Part shown: positions 27,235 through 35,706 of the stretch, in pieces
Layout of the letters: the number at the start of each line of letters is the position of its first letter
Position numbering within the stretch: position 1 is the first letter of the stretch
Assembly: GCA_019429165.1 (NCBI GenBank)
Contig: JAHYJJ010000001.1
Span: 1 to 45,781, forward strand
Length of the DNA stretch: 45,781 nt
Source of the DNA: Methanosarcinaceae archaeon
GTDB lineage: Archaea; Halobacteriota; Methanosarcinia; Methanosarcinales; Methanosarcinaceae
Direction of reading: 5' to 3'
The notes under the pieces: generated by a model
Told to the model about the DNA's origin: nothing
The model's database searches: none
Seen by the model: only the letters and a program-made list of their open reading frames with translations
Position numbers and translations under genes: made by a program

Positions 27235-27654
27235 TCAAATCGCCATAATTTTATTTCTAACCATTTCAACTGCAGGACTTAAAAAAGGTCGTGGTTCTTG
27301 CCCGTTCTTTTTAATGTTCTTTACAATGAAATAAGCTACAGTATTTATGTTTTTTTCTCCTTTTACAAAACCTTTTCTTCTTAGCCAAGCTTTTATGGTT
27401 TCAATAGGAACGTCATCGCCCGGCAACCTCCCAAATTCAATAGTGTCGGCATAAGGCACGGGGTAAACTATGGATTTTTCAAGAAATCCTCTGTTGATGT
27501 TACCGCTCTTAAGCAGAGTCCCCTCGTCAACTATACGTTTACTAATTATAATTTCCTGAGAATTAGCAAATATTTCATCCACAATCTCGTCTAGTTTTTT
27601 ATCTATGAAAGTTAACATTTCTTTATCATTGATGTTAATAGAAAAATCTACCAT
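27235..27654 (-). CDS. HK97 gp10-like neck/tail-completion protein
   Basis: VDEGTLLKSG...PYADTIEFG...G.EPRPFLSPAVE. Confidence 0.8.
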   Translation of the reverse strand: MVDFSININDKEMLTFIDKKLDEIVDEIFANSQEIIISKRIVDEGTLLKSGNINRGFLEKSIVYPVPYADTIEFGRLPGDDVPIETIKAWLRRKGFVKGEKNINTVAYFIVKNIKKNGQEPRPFLSPAVEMVRNKIMAI

Positions 27655-27676
27655 ACACTAACCAGTGATGTCTGGA

Positions 27677-27690
27677 CTTATATATGTAAC
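27677..27690 (-). promoter_or_regulatory. Late promoter (GTTACATATATAAG)
   Basis: Exact 14-mer, 23 nt from ATG 27654. Confidence 0.75.
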
Positions 27691-28016
27691 TATTTGAAAT
27701 ATATGGCAATGTCTTGAATCTTCTCGCCGTCACCCATACCGGAAACCACAATAAACAATGACCCCATAACGTAATAATTGTCTATATGCGTCTGCTCCTG
27801 TGACACAGAAACGATGTTCTTGGGATAAAACCGTGTGACCACACCAGTTAAGTAATCGTCACATAAAACCTCGCCGTCCATAGATGTGATGGTTATCTTG
27901 ACATTAGGCAATGCAACCCCAGAAAACACCACAACCTTGACAACCTCGCCATTAATGTTGTCTAGGTCTCCCTCTATATTCTCGCTAATCTCTCCAGTTG
28001 TATATACATTTGTCAT
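27690..28016 (-). CDS. Hypothetical beta-rich protein
   Basis: AGGTGA SD; 108-aa ORF. Confidence 0.7.
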   Translation of the reverse strand: MTNVYTTGEISENIEGDLDNINGEVVKVVVFSGVALPNVKITITSMDGEVLCDDYLTGVVTRFYPKNIVSVSQEQTHIDNYYVMGSLFIVVSGMGDGEKIQDIAIYFK

Positions 28017-28022
28017 ATAATA

Positions 28023-29876
28023 TCACCTATTTATATTTACTCTCTTGCTCATACTTGCATCTTTAACTTTTTGAAGTGTTATTGTCCAGTCTACTCTATC
28101 TTCAATATTCATCGTAGTCTTATATGTTTTATATCCAGACTTCTTAATCTCCAAAGTAAAAGGATTGTAATCTACATATGTCGAATATCCATTTGAAACT
28201 AAGGTTATCGGTGTTAAATCTGCAAATTGAATATATGGGATTATTATGTATCTACTAGCAGGGGCAACGTGTGTAACCGCTACTTCAAAATGAGGAGCAA
28301 CATATATTTCGGTTGCATTGTTGCCCTTATAAATATTTCTTCGTTGTCCAATTCCTTGATTTGCAGTTATAAATACCTCCTTATTGTGCCATTGACTTGT
28401 AGACCAATTTTTGCTCAAGTCTTTTACCTTATCCAAATAACCGTTAGTTACGGTTCCATATTCTTCGGTGGGATAACCATCTTCAGTTGTATCTTGTTGG
28501 AAAACTATTGTATCATTTTTATTTTTTACAGTCACAGTAGCTCCCTCAATCCCGTTATTTTTTTCATCTATTACTTTTAACAATAACGAAAACCATAATT
28601 TTACGTGGATGTCGGTAGCGTTTGGTACGGTCCAATAAGCCCGTCTCTCTTTCAATATATTTTTATTGTAAATACAATCAATGTGATTTTCTACCCAACC
28701 ATTAACCGTTATCGCATACGGATTACTCATATAATTGCTACATTTTGAATAATTGTTGTTGTGGAAATAATTATTGAAATTGTCAGGATACACAGCAGAC
28801 ATCCCCCTGACAGCTAGCGCCCCAAAAAATGTACAACCCGCAATGATTGCACCACCCGATTCTGTGTGTGCAAATGCGATTTTACAACCAATTACAGCAT
28901 TCTGTGGTGCTGTAAACCACGTATTTCTGAAATTGTCAAAAAAGACGTCATATATTTTTTGCCCGTTTAACTGTCCTATACCACCGCCCCAATGCCCGTG
29001 AAATATTGACGAGCCGGTCATATGCACGTGTTTTATTTGCGTATTAAAAAGATTACTGTTTCCCCCGATAATTAAAGTCTTTGGTAATGAAGAATTATAA
29101 ACATTGAAAATATATATACTCCCCGCATACACTTTGTCACCCATATATTGTAATCCGGATAATGTTACAGCTGATGACGAACTGTGTATATCATTGTTTT
29201 TTAAAAATTGTATTGTTTCGTTTTGTGTGCTGAAATAATTGTTGGCATTAAAAGTCAATCCACAACCAACACTGTAACATCTTTCATTTTTTGATATTAC
29301 GCCCCAACCACCTGTCACACTTGCGTTATATATATCATCCATTGTGCAAGGTGCATCTACCGTGAAACCATCAACAACAATATTATTTACATTTGCATAT
29401 AATATACCGGTTTGTTTTCCACCTTCGGTTAATGTTGTCATTGATACAATTCTACACCTAACGAACCATTCGTACCATCTTGTAGTGCTATTTGGGTTAA
29501 AAAAATTCTCCCAATCCTCTGGCATATCCCAGCGGATAGTATTAACACCGATAGTAGTAAATCCGTTTGTATTATCTACCACACCTGTTAATGCGTGCCA
29601 GGTTGGATTATAATACCCAGTTCCTCGTTTGGCATATTCCCAAACAAGAACAACACCAGTACCAATTAAAGCAGTCCCAACATTGAAATTAAGACCAGAA
29701 TATTTCCCGCTAATATTAGATAGGGATATGACTAAACAGTCGCCAACTTGTGCAGTATCAGGAAAGAAATCAATATTCAGGTAACCTAAATTTAAACTAT
29801 AACTATCTACACTCAAATCATAAAAAAAGCTTGCTGTTATTCTGTTCGCGTATTCGTATGTTATTGTCCCTACCAT
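28023..29876 (-). CDS. Large beta-helix/adhesin-like virion protein
   Basis: 617 aa, Asn/Gly/Tyr-rich beta-helix-like centre, C-terminal IEGATVTVKN...TDEG-type...LEIKKSGY carboxypeptidase-regulatory-like domain. Confidence 0.6.
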   Translation of the reverse strand: MVGTITYEYANRITASFFYDLSVDSYSLNLGYLNIDFFPDTAQVGDCLVISLSNISGKYSGLNFNVGTALIGTGVVLVWEYAKRGTGYYNPTWHALTGVVDNTNGFTTIGVNTIRWDMPEDWENFFNPNSTTRWYEWFVRCRIVSMTTLTEGGKQTGILYANVNNIVVDGFTVDAPCTMDDIYNASVTGGWGVISKNERCYSVGCGLTFNANNYFSTQNETIQFLKNNDIHSSSSAVTLSGLQYMGDKVYAGSIYIFNVYNSSLPKTLIIGGNSNLFNTQIKHVHMTGSSIFHGHWGGGIGQLNGQKIYDVFFDNFRNTWFTAPQNAVIGCKIAFAHTESGGAIIAGCTFFGALAVRGMSAVYPDNFNNYFHNNNYSKCSNYMSNPYAITVNGWVENHIDCIYNKNILKERRAYWTVPNATDIHVKLWFSLLLKVIDEKNNGIEGATVTVKNKNDTIVFQQDTTEDGYPTEEYGTVTNGYLDKVKDLSKNWSTSQWHNKEVFITANQGIGQRRNIYKGNNATEIYVAPHFEVAVTHVAPASRYIIIPYIQFADLTPITLVSNGYSTYVDYNPFTLEIKKSGYKTYKTTMNIEDRVDWTITLQKVKDASMSKRVNINR

Positions 29877-30118
29877 AATAACTCACCTAGCAAAAAAATT
29901 ATTTCGTCTTTTTGTTGTTTTAATTGTATCTGCCTACCTATTTTTGAATCATTTAAAACCATTATTTCATCTGGTTCTTGATTCACAACAGCCAACTGAT
30001 TATTTAATTCTGTTAGTTGTTCATTAAGTTCATCAATAGACACAACATTAATTGGGTCTGGGTTCGCACTTTTTGCATATACTCCACCGTTATCATCACT
30101 AATCTTTATCCAAACCAT
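29870..30118 (-). CDS. Small coiled-coil protein
   Basis: 82-aa ORF overlapping the next gene start. Confidence 0.65.
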   Translation of the reverse strand: MVWIKISDDNGGVYAKSANPDPINVVSIDELNEQLTELNNQLAVVNQEPDEIMVLNDSKIGRQIQLKQQKDEIIFLLGELLW

Positions 30119-30124
30119 ATGGCA

Positions 30125-30283
30125 TCAATCTACATACTTATAACATTTTCCGTTGTACAAAAACATATCATAATCATCTACATATACAGGATTTTCTGTT
30201 TTCTTAATCATAAAATTTATATCTGTAGAAGTTAGATATGACTCGCTTCTATAATAATTCTTAAATTCTGTTAATACACTCAT
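30125..30283 (-). CDS. Small hypothetical protein (52 aa)
   Basis: Own translation MSVLTEFKNYYRSESYLTSTDINFMIKK...GKCYKYVD*; tiles the gap. Confidence 0.55.
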   Translation of the reverse strand: MSVLTEFKNYYRSESYLTSTDINFMIKKTENPVYVDDYDMFLYNGKCYKYVD

Positions 30284-30287
30284 AACA

Positions 30288-30407
30288 TCACTTCAACTTT
30301 TTAATTAAACTATCCTTCATTTTGATGTCTATAATATCATAAGACCACAAAATATTAACTGCTTTAATAACATTGTAATCCTTTTGTATTTTGTCTGTAA
30401 TCTTCAC
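30288..30407 (-). CDS. Small hypothetical protein (39 aa)
   Basis: GTG-KITDKIQKDYNVIKAVNILWSYDIIDIKMKDSLIKKLK*; tiles the gap after 30409. Confidence 0.45.
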   Translation of the reverse strand: MKITDKIQKDYNVIKAVNILWSYDIIDIKMKDSLIKKLK

Positions 30408-30408
30408 G

Positions 30409-31230
30409 TTACTTCATCTCCAACGCATTTATAATTTTTCCAGACGTTCCACACACCGCATATAAACCACTCTCGCAATCTATGGCATCTTTACCACCCG
30501 CTGGGATTAATATCCCTGTTGTTGTGGTTACATTACTTGCACCATAAAACACGTCTGTGTCGCTCACATTATAGATTATAATTGTTCTACGACCAACTTG
30601 TTCAATTGTCGGAATTAAATAAGCAATGTTTAGTGTTGTTAAGGTTACTGCTGTTGTAACCATTGTTGCCAAAGCATTTGTATTGGTTATAAGTGTATCT
30701 TGTTTCGCAGATGTTGCTTTCCCAGTAGTATCACAAGCAGTTATCTTTCCATCAATACTTGTAGTATCACCAGCAATTGTTGATAATGATGTGTTAGATG
30801 TGTCTTGTTTTTCTTCTGTTGATGCATTAGTTGGTAAATCAACTTTAAACTTATTACTTAGATAATTAAATGTTCTTTGGAATATATCTTCGTGTCTAGA
30901 ACTAATTGTAAAATCATCTGTTATGGGTTCAACAGTTAAATCTTGTGCTGAATAACCAGTAGTAGTATTAACAGTAACAGTAGCGTTCTTATATTTCTTA
31001 ACACTATCTCCAAGTATATAAGCTTCAATTAATATTGGGTCTCCGTTCCGATAACCTTTATAATTTGCTAAATCTATTACATATTCACCGTTAGTGTCCG
31101 TAGATGTAGAACGAGTTTCATTTAAACGTTTATTTGTAACACGGATTGTTGCAGATGCAAGTACAAAAGTACCATCTACATCGTAAATTGTTCCAGAAAT
31201 TGTGTATGGTGTAGCGACCAATATAGTCAC
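30409..31230 (-). CDS. Virion-associated protein: N-terminal carboxypeptidase-regulatory-like domain + C-terminal domain shared with gene 1..1000
   Basis: PYTISGTIYD...TDTNGEYVIDLAN..GYRNGD; C-terminus near-identical to the virus A gene. Confidence 0.75.
   Translation of the reverse strand: MTILVATPYTISGTIYDVDGTFVLASATIRVTNKRLNETRSTSTDTNGEYVIDLANYKGYRNGDPILIEAYILGDSVKKYKNATVTVNTTTGYSAQDLTVEPITDDFTISSRHEDIFQRTFNYLSNKFKVDLPTNASTEEKQDTSNTSLSTIAGDTTSIDGKITACDTTGKATSAKQDTLITNTNALATMVTTAVTLTTLNIAYLIPTIEQVGRRTIIIYNVSDTDVFYGASNVTTTTGILIPAGGKDAIDCESGLYAVCGTSGKIINALEMK
30501..30761. repeat. Direct repeat copy 2 / A-B junction
   Basis: See 1..261. Confidence 0.97.
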
Positions 31231-31231
31231 C

Positions 31232-31765
31232 TCATACGTCTGCTTGGATTAATGCTCGCATTGTATTTGCAGAAGGCACAATACATAAACCTTGAACCTT
31301 TATAGGAATTACAAAATTAAAAGGTACTGAACTTGAAGCAACAACCCTAATATCCATAATCTCTAAATCATTAGTTCTATCATAAAATTTCATGTATCCT
31401 ACAGCAGCAGCTGCATTTGTTACAATACCAGATAAGAGTTTCGTATCAAAATAAGCATGACTTGGACCAAACATTAAATATAAATTTTTAGTTTCTGAAC
31501 CACCAACAGTATCAGAAGCACTTGTTGTTGTACGATAATCTATTGACTCGTTACCAAAATAAGCCGATATAAATATTACATCACCAGAATTATAACCAGA
31601 TGATAGGTTAGCTAAATCTAATGAATATTCGCCAGAGGAATTTGTTGTTACGGTTACAGTCTCAGTAGTTCTTTGATTATATGCGATAACAGTAGCTGAA
31701 GCTTTTACTGTACTAGTATCAATTTCATATACTACTCCAGATATAGGGTATGGACTTGCTGGCAT
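31232..31765 (-). CDS. Carboxypeptidase-regulatory-like (Ig/transthyretin-like) domain protein
   Basis: PYPISGVVYE...TTNSSGEYSLDLAN..GYNSGD; paralogous to its neighbours. Confidence 0.75.
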   Translation of the reverse strand: MPASPYPISGVVYEIDTSTVKASATVIAYNQRTTETVTVTTNSSGEYSLDLANLSSGYNSGDVIFISAYFGNESIDYRTTTSASDTVGGSETKNLYLMFGPSHAYFDTKLLSGIVTNAAAAVGYMKFYDRTNDLEIMDIRVVASSSVPFNFVIPIKVQGLCIVPSANTMRALIQADV

Positions 31766-31769
31766 AAAA

Positions 31770-32480
31770 TCACTTTAATTGGTATTCTTTGCTAATTACA
31801 TATTTATCATTAACATATACTGGAATAATCTCACCATAACCGTGTGTAATAGGAGACCTATGTACTCTATATATGGAATGTAAATAATCACGACCATAAT
31901 GTCTATGACTTTTTACACTAAATTTAAGTTTACCGTCTTTATCTTTATAAATACTAAGACCGATACCAGTTCCTACTAATAGACCTAATACCATTTCTAT
32001 GATACTATCTAATATTCCTTTATCTGGTAATTCTGTATCTTCACAGATTACTTTTTCTTCACATACTATTGGTTTAGGACAAGTTGTATCTTTACATTCT
32101 GTAACTGGACAGTTTTGTGTTGGACATTCACCAGTCATATCTACCTTAGTTATAGGTATTAGACCACCATTAAATGTTATTTTAGTTGTAACTTCGCCAA
32201 CTATAATTTCAAATCTATCGCCTTCAACAGCTTTTAATACTGTGTTAGACCAATCAATTAGATATTCACCGTTACCATTAGTTGTTCCAATGACTCGTTC
32301 ATTAGTTCTTACGTTAGTAATAACTACATTTAAATTTGATACTGGAACACTGTAAGCTGAGACTTTTACAACGATAGGCATTGGATTAAATACTGCTAAA
32401 GCTGGTGCTGTAAATAATGAAAATATCATTATTAATGTTATAAATTTAAGACCTAGCGATACCCATTGTTGTCGTTCCAT
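31770..32480 (-). CDS. Type I membrane protein: signal peptide, same Ig-like domain, Cys/Pro linker, TM, His-rich tail
   Basis: LKFITLIMIFSLFTAPALA signal; TTNGNGEYLIDWSN; CPTQNCPVTECKDTTCPKPIVC; IIEMVLGLLVGTGIGLSIY; SHRH..LH..VH..TH. Confidence 0.8.
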   Translation of the reverse strand: MERQQWVSLGLKFITLIMIFSLFTAPALAVFNPMPIVVKVSAYSVPVSNLNVVITNVRTNERVIGTTNGNGEYLIDWSNTVLKAVEGDRFEIIVGEVTTKITFNGGLIPITKVDMTGECPTQNCPVTECKDTTCPKPIVCEEKVICEDTELPDKGILDSIIEMVLGLLVGTGIGLSIYKDKDGKLKFSVKSHRHYGRDYLHSIYRVHRSPITHGYGEIIPVYVNDKYVISKEYQLK

Positions 32481-33621
32481 TTACGTTCACCCATACTCCA
32501 TATCCTTTTGGTACTTCTTTTGCACTATTAATTGATAACGCACAAGGGTGTGATATATATCTACTACCACTTGAAGCACTCATATCAACAAAAGTTGCAT
32601 AACTCATTGTTACTGTTGCATTATCTAAAGTCATACCACATATCTGTCCTAGAGTATTTGTAGTTGAATTTTGTAATGCTATCTGATTCCAACCAGATAT
32701 AATTGTTATATTTTTAGTAGGTACATCTGGAATCCAATTTCGTAATAGACTTGCAGTTGCATTTGAATATACATAAACAGCATCACCGTCTGTGACTGCT
32801 GTTGCATTATTAGTAATTGCACCTTCTATATATGTTGTATATGTATGTAATGCATTTGAATATATTGATGTTGAGGTTATTGTACCACTTAAATCAGCTA
32901 CACCTTTTAAAGTAGTAGTTTTATCTGCTAATATTAAATTCCAACCATCATAAATTATAGTTTTAGTCCAGTTAGTTGAATTTACCTCAACAGCTGTGTT
33001 TCCTAGTGAGTCATTTGTACCAACAACGATTTTGAATGTACCAGTCGTGTCAATATCAGCACCAGTTAAGTCAATGGAACATAGTTTACTTACTACAGAA
33101 CCACCCACAGTTGATACTAAAGTTGTAGTATCATCAAATATTTTAGCCCAACAAGCACTTACTATATTAGTTTCAGTAATTGTTGAGTTTACTCTTGCAG
33201 ACATTCCCGTAGCAGTTGAGTAATTATAAATAGTTAAAGCACCTATACTTGGCACAGTTGTATCTACGATTACAGTATGATATGTTGCTTGTGTACATGA
33301 ATGTTCTATATCACAAACCACACCAGTCCAGTTATAATAACCATCGGCTAGTACACCTGTATTAATTGTGAAAGCAACACCACTTGTTACATCGGTAGTA
33401 TTAGTAGTATTTATGCCCCATGTTCCAGAGAAATTACCCCAGATAGAAGCGTTAAGTAATGTTGTATTAGATACACCAGTAAAAGTCATTGCTGGTGTAG
33501 TATTAGTAGTATAATAAGGGTCGTCTGTTGGAGATGAAATAGTCATAGAACTAATAGTTCCTAATGCTACGGAACTGAATAATATGAATACCAAAAACAG
33601 TGCTATATATTTTTTTAACAT
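32446..33621 (-). CDS. Secreted S-layer/adhesin-like glycoprotein
   Basis: MLKKYIALFLVFILFSSVALG signal peptide; 18 N-x-S/T sequons; paired Cys; GWNLI/GWNQI...GYGVWV repeat motifs. Confidence 0.8.
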   Translation of the reverse strand: MLKKYIALFLVFILFSSVALGTISSMTISSPTDDPYYTTNTTPAMTFTGVSNTTLLNASIWGNFSGTWGINTTNTTDVTSGVAFTINTGVLADGYYNWTGVVCDIEHSCTQATYHTVIVDTTVPSIGALTIYNYSTATGMSARVNSTITETNIVSACWAKIFDDTTTLVSTVGGSVVSKLCSIDLTGADIDTTGTFKIVVGTNDSLGNTAVEVNSTNWTKTIIYDGWNLILADKTTTLKGVADLSGTITSTSIYSNALHTYTTYIEGAITNNATAVTDGDAVYVYSNATASLLRNWIPDVPTKNITIISGWNQIALQNSTTNTLGQICGMTLDNATVTMSYATFVDMSASSGSRYISHPCALSINSAKEVPKGYGVWVNVNGTTTMGIARS

Positions 33622-33652
33622 GTGACCAACCTATTATTTGTTAATACCCTTT

Positions 33653-34033
33653 TTATAAGTTCTTTAATTGTTTTAGTATATTGTCAGCTCGTTTATGTCC
33701 AATACCACTAATAGCAACTAAATCCTCTTTGTTTGCTTTAATTTTCATGTTAACGATTGTTTCATATTTAGTTGCTAAAATTCCGTCTAGTTCACTATCT
33801 ATGCCTTTTAAAACTGTAAAGTCCGATGTTATTTGTTCTGTAACTGGTAATTTGTATTTAGAAGAACTAACTAAACCATGATTTTCACCACGCCAAGCAT
33901 CTTTATCATCTATTTCAACGTCATTTCCAGATTCAACGTGAATCCATCTAAGTGAAGGCCTATTATATTTACCAACAGTTATAGGAATACCTACAGATAT
34001 CATTTTTTTAGTCGGGTTTACAAGTTTCATCAA
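33653..34033 (-). CDS. Helix-hairpin-helix protein
   Basis: FTVLKGIDSELDGIL and LVAISGIGHKRADNIL. Confidence 0.75.
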   Translation of the reverse strand: MMKLVNPTKKMISVGIPITVGKYNRPSLRWIHVESGNDVEIDDKDAWRGENHGLVSSSKYKLPVTEQITSDFTVLKGIDSELDGILATKYETIVNMKIKANKEDLVAISGIGHKRADNILKQLKNL

Positions 34034-34047
34034 ATCGCCTTTATCAT

Positions 34048-34296
34048 TTAAATACTACCAAATATGATACATTCTATATCATCATTGTTAGTTCCAGTTA
34101 CTGTTATTGTTGTTCCACTTATTGTGTATGTTGCACCATTAATACCTCTAGCAACAATTATTGCAGAAAAAATTTCACTAAGACCATGTTCTACTGTTGT
34201 GATTGTTGAAGTTGTACCAGTTAGTTTAGCTTTTAATACAACCATTCCTAATACACCAGTTACTTCTTTTTTAACTATATTGTCAATTACTGCCAT
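34048..34296 (-). CDS. Small capsid decoration-like protein
   Basis: GAGGT SD; TVEHGLSEI...ITVTGT..IIFG. Confidence 0.6.
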   Translation of the reverse strand: MAVIDNIVKKEVTGVLGMVVLKAKLTGTTSTITTVEHGLSEIFSAIIVARGINGATYTISGTTITVTGTNNDDIECIIFGSI

Positions 34297-34338
34297 TTAG
34301 ATTACCTCATAAAATTGGTATTAGGGAATTAACCCTAT

Positions 34339-34584
34339 TTACCATTTACCAAATACTATAGCCATACCAGCACCAGTACCAACTGAAAAAGTTATCGTTT
34401 CAGCAGACTGAGATGCTGGGTCGTTTATACCAGCAGAAGTTTTTGAGATTATCATGTCAATCTCATTAAACTCGCCAGTTGCATCTAGAGTATCTCCAGC
34501 ATAAGCTTTAGTGTAACGGTATACCCACGCATACTCACTACCTAATTCCAATCTTTTTTTAGTTATACTTGTTACAGAAGTCAT
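34339..34584 (-). CDS. Small capsid decoration-like protein
   Basis: AGGTGA SD; immediately after MCP; ends AIVFGK like its neighbour. Confidence 0.6.
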   Translation of the reverse strand: MTSVTSITKKRLELGSEYAWVYRYTKAYAGDTLDATGEFNEIDMIISKTSAGINDPASQSAETITFSVGTGAGMAIVFGKW

Positions 34585-34601
34585 TTAATATCACCTATAA
34601 T

Positions 34602-35705
34602 TTAAGCACACCCATATATCCTATAACAACGTGTTTCATCTACGATAATCATAGTAAGATATGATTTTATCATAAATTTATAGGAATCAGATGTTTTTGC
34701 TAATTCTTCAAATACAGCGTCTTGTAAAACTCTCATTTGAATGTTTGCACCACCCATACCAGAACTTGTATCTAGTATAAGCATTTCTCTACCAGAACCA
34801 GATGTTGGCATGAATAAATCTGGCATTATTGGTACACCCTCATAAAGAATGTTCTCAATACCAAAGTTTACTGTAGCTGTAGGTGCTGGGTATCTTAAGA
34901 CATCAAAGATAAGACCTTTAACATCAGATAGCGTTTTGTAATCAGTTACACAAATTGTTGGTCTTCCATAAGCTTCACGAATAGTTCTGAAAGCATCAGT
35001 TATATTCTGTAGACTTATTTTTGCACCAGATTTGTTTGTTGTGTTAGTTGTAATACCATTAATCAAACCAGTAAAACCTCGTACATCAGTTACACTACCA
35101 TCATAATCATCAACAGTTGGATTACCATTAATAATCAAATTCTCTTCAAGTTCTTTCAAAGCTTGATACTCAGAAGGAATCATTAAATTAAGTGCGTCTT
35201 TCCATTGCTGTGCAGATGCAACTTGCATTGGACCAGATACTTCACCAACTGCATAGATGTAACTCATCTTTTGTGCAGAACGTGCATATGTAGCCGTACT
35301 TGAATTTAAACCACCCATTTCACCATTAACAACTGCTGTTGCTGGTGCAGTCATAGTAATGTAATCAGCGAATAATCCTTTATTAGTCATTCTAGGAATT
35401 ATACCCGATGCTAAAGGAGTATCTCGTTTAGTCAAGTCATAAAGAACTGGGTCAACTATTGTTGGTAACAATACTGGTATACTACCACTTGTACCAGAAT
35501 ATGTTGTTCCAGTAGCCATCAAAGGACTTGATGTAGTAAGAGCAGATTTTATTTCTAGTCTCTTATCAATTTGTAAACTTTTAACTTCTGTTATTGGTGT
35601 GTGAAGATATACTGTCTTATCTGGTGTGTCACCAAATGAAGATGTATATGATACTTCTCCGTTAACGGAATTTATAGAATCTATACCTGTATTCATAATA
35701 ATCAC
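34602..35705 (-). CDS. Major capsid protein (HK97 fold), virus B
   Basis: After the protease; PTIVDPVLYDLTKRDTPL..IPR, EENLIINGN, FTGL, EGVPIMPD, FEELAKTSDSYKF. Confidence 0.88.
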   Translation of the reverse strand: MIIMNTGIDSINSVNGEVSYTSSFGDTPDKTVYLHTPITEVKSLQIDKRLEIKSALTTSSPLMATGTTYSGTSGSIPVLLPTIVDPVLYDLTKRDTPLASGIIPRMTNKGLFADYITMTAPATAVVNGEMGGLNSSTATYARSAQKMSYIYAVGEVSGPMQVASAQQWKDALNLMIPSEYQALKELEENLIINGNPTVDDYDGSVTDVRGFTGLINGITTNTTNKSGAKISLQNITDAFRTIREAYGRPTICVTDYKTLSDVKGLIFDVLRYPAPTATVNFGIENILYEGVPIMPDLFMPTSGSGREMLILDTSSGMGGANIQMRVLQDAVFEELAKTSDSYKFMIKSYLTMIIVDETRCYRIYGCA

Positions 35706-35706
35706 T

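Larger units (their letters stand above)
1..30500. mobile_element. Virus A: apparently complete circular(ly permuted) 30,500-bp archaeal tailed-virus genome
   Basis: Position 1 repeats at 30501. Packaging, head, tail and replication modules are each present once, all on the minus strand. The ORF cut at position 1 continues in frame at 30500. No integrase seen. Confidence 0.85.

Noticed and set aside
1..30627. Repeat as attL/attR of an integrase-mediated provirus
   Set aside because: No tyrosine or serine recombinase found; the repeat is within a coding gene and the exact part equals a common assembler k.
1..30761. 261-bp repeat as a DGR template/variable repeat pair
   Set aside because: Differences are mostly synonymous and not adenine-specific; no reverse transcriptase in the window.
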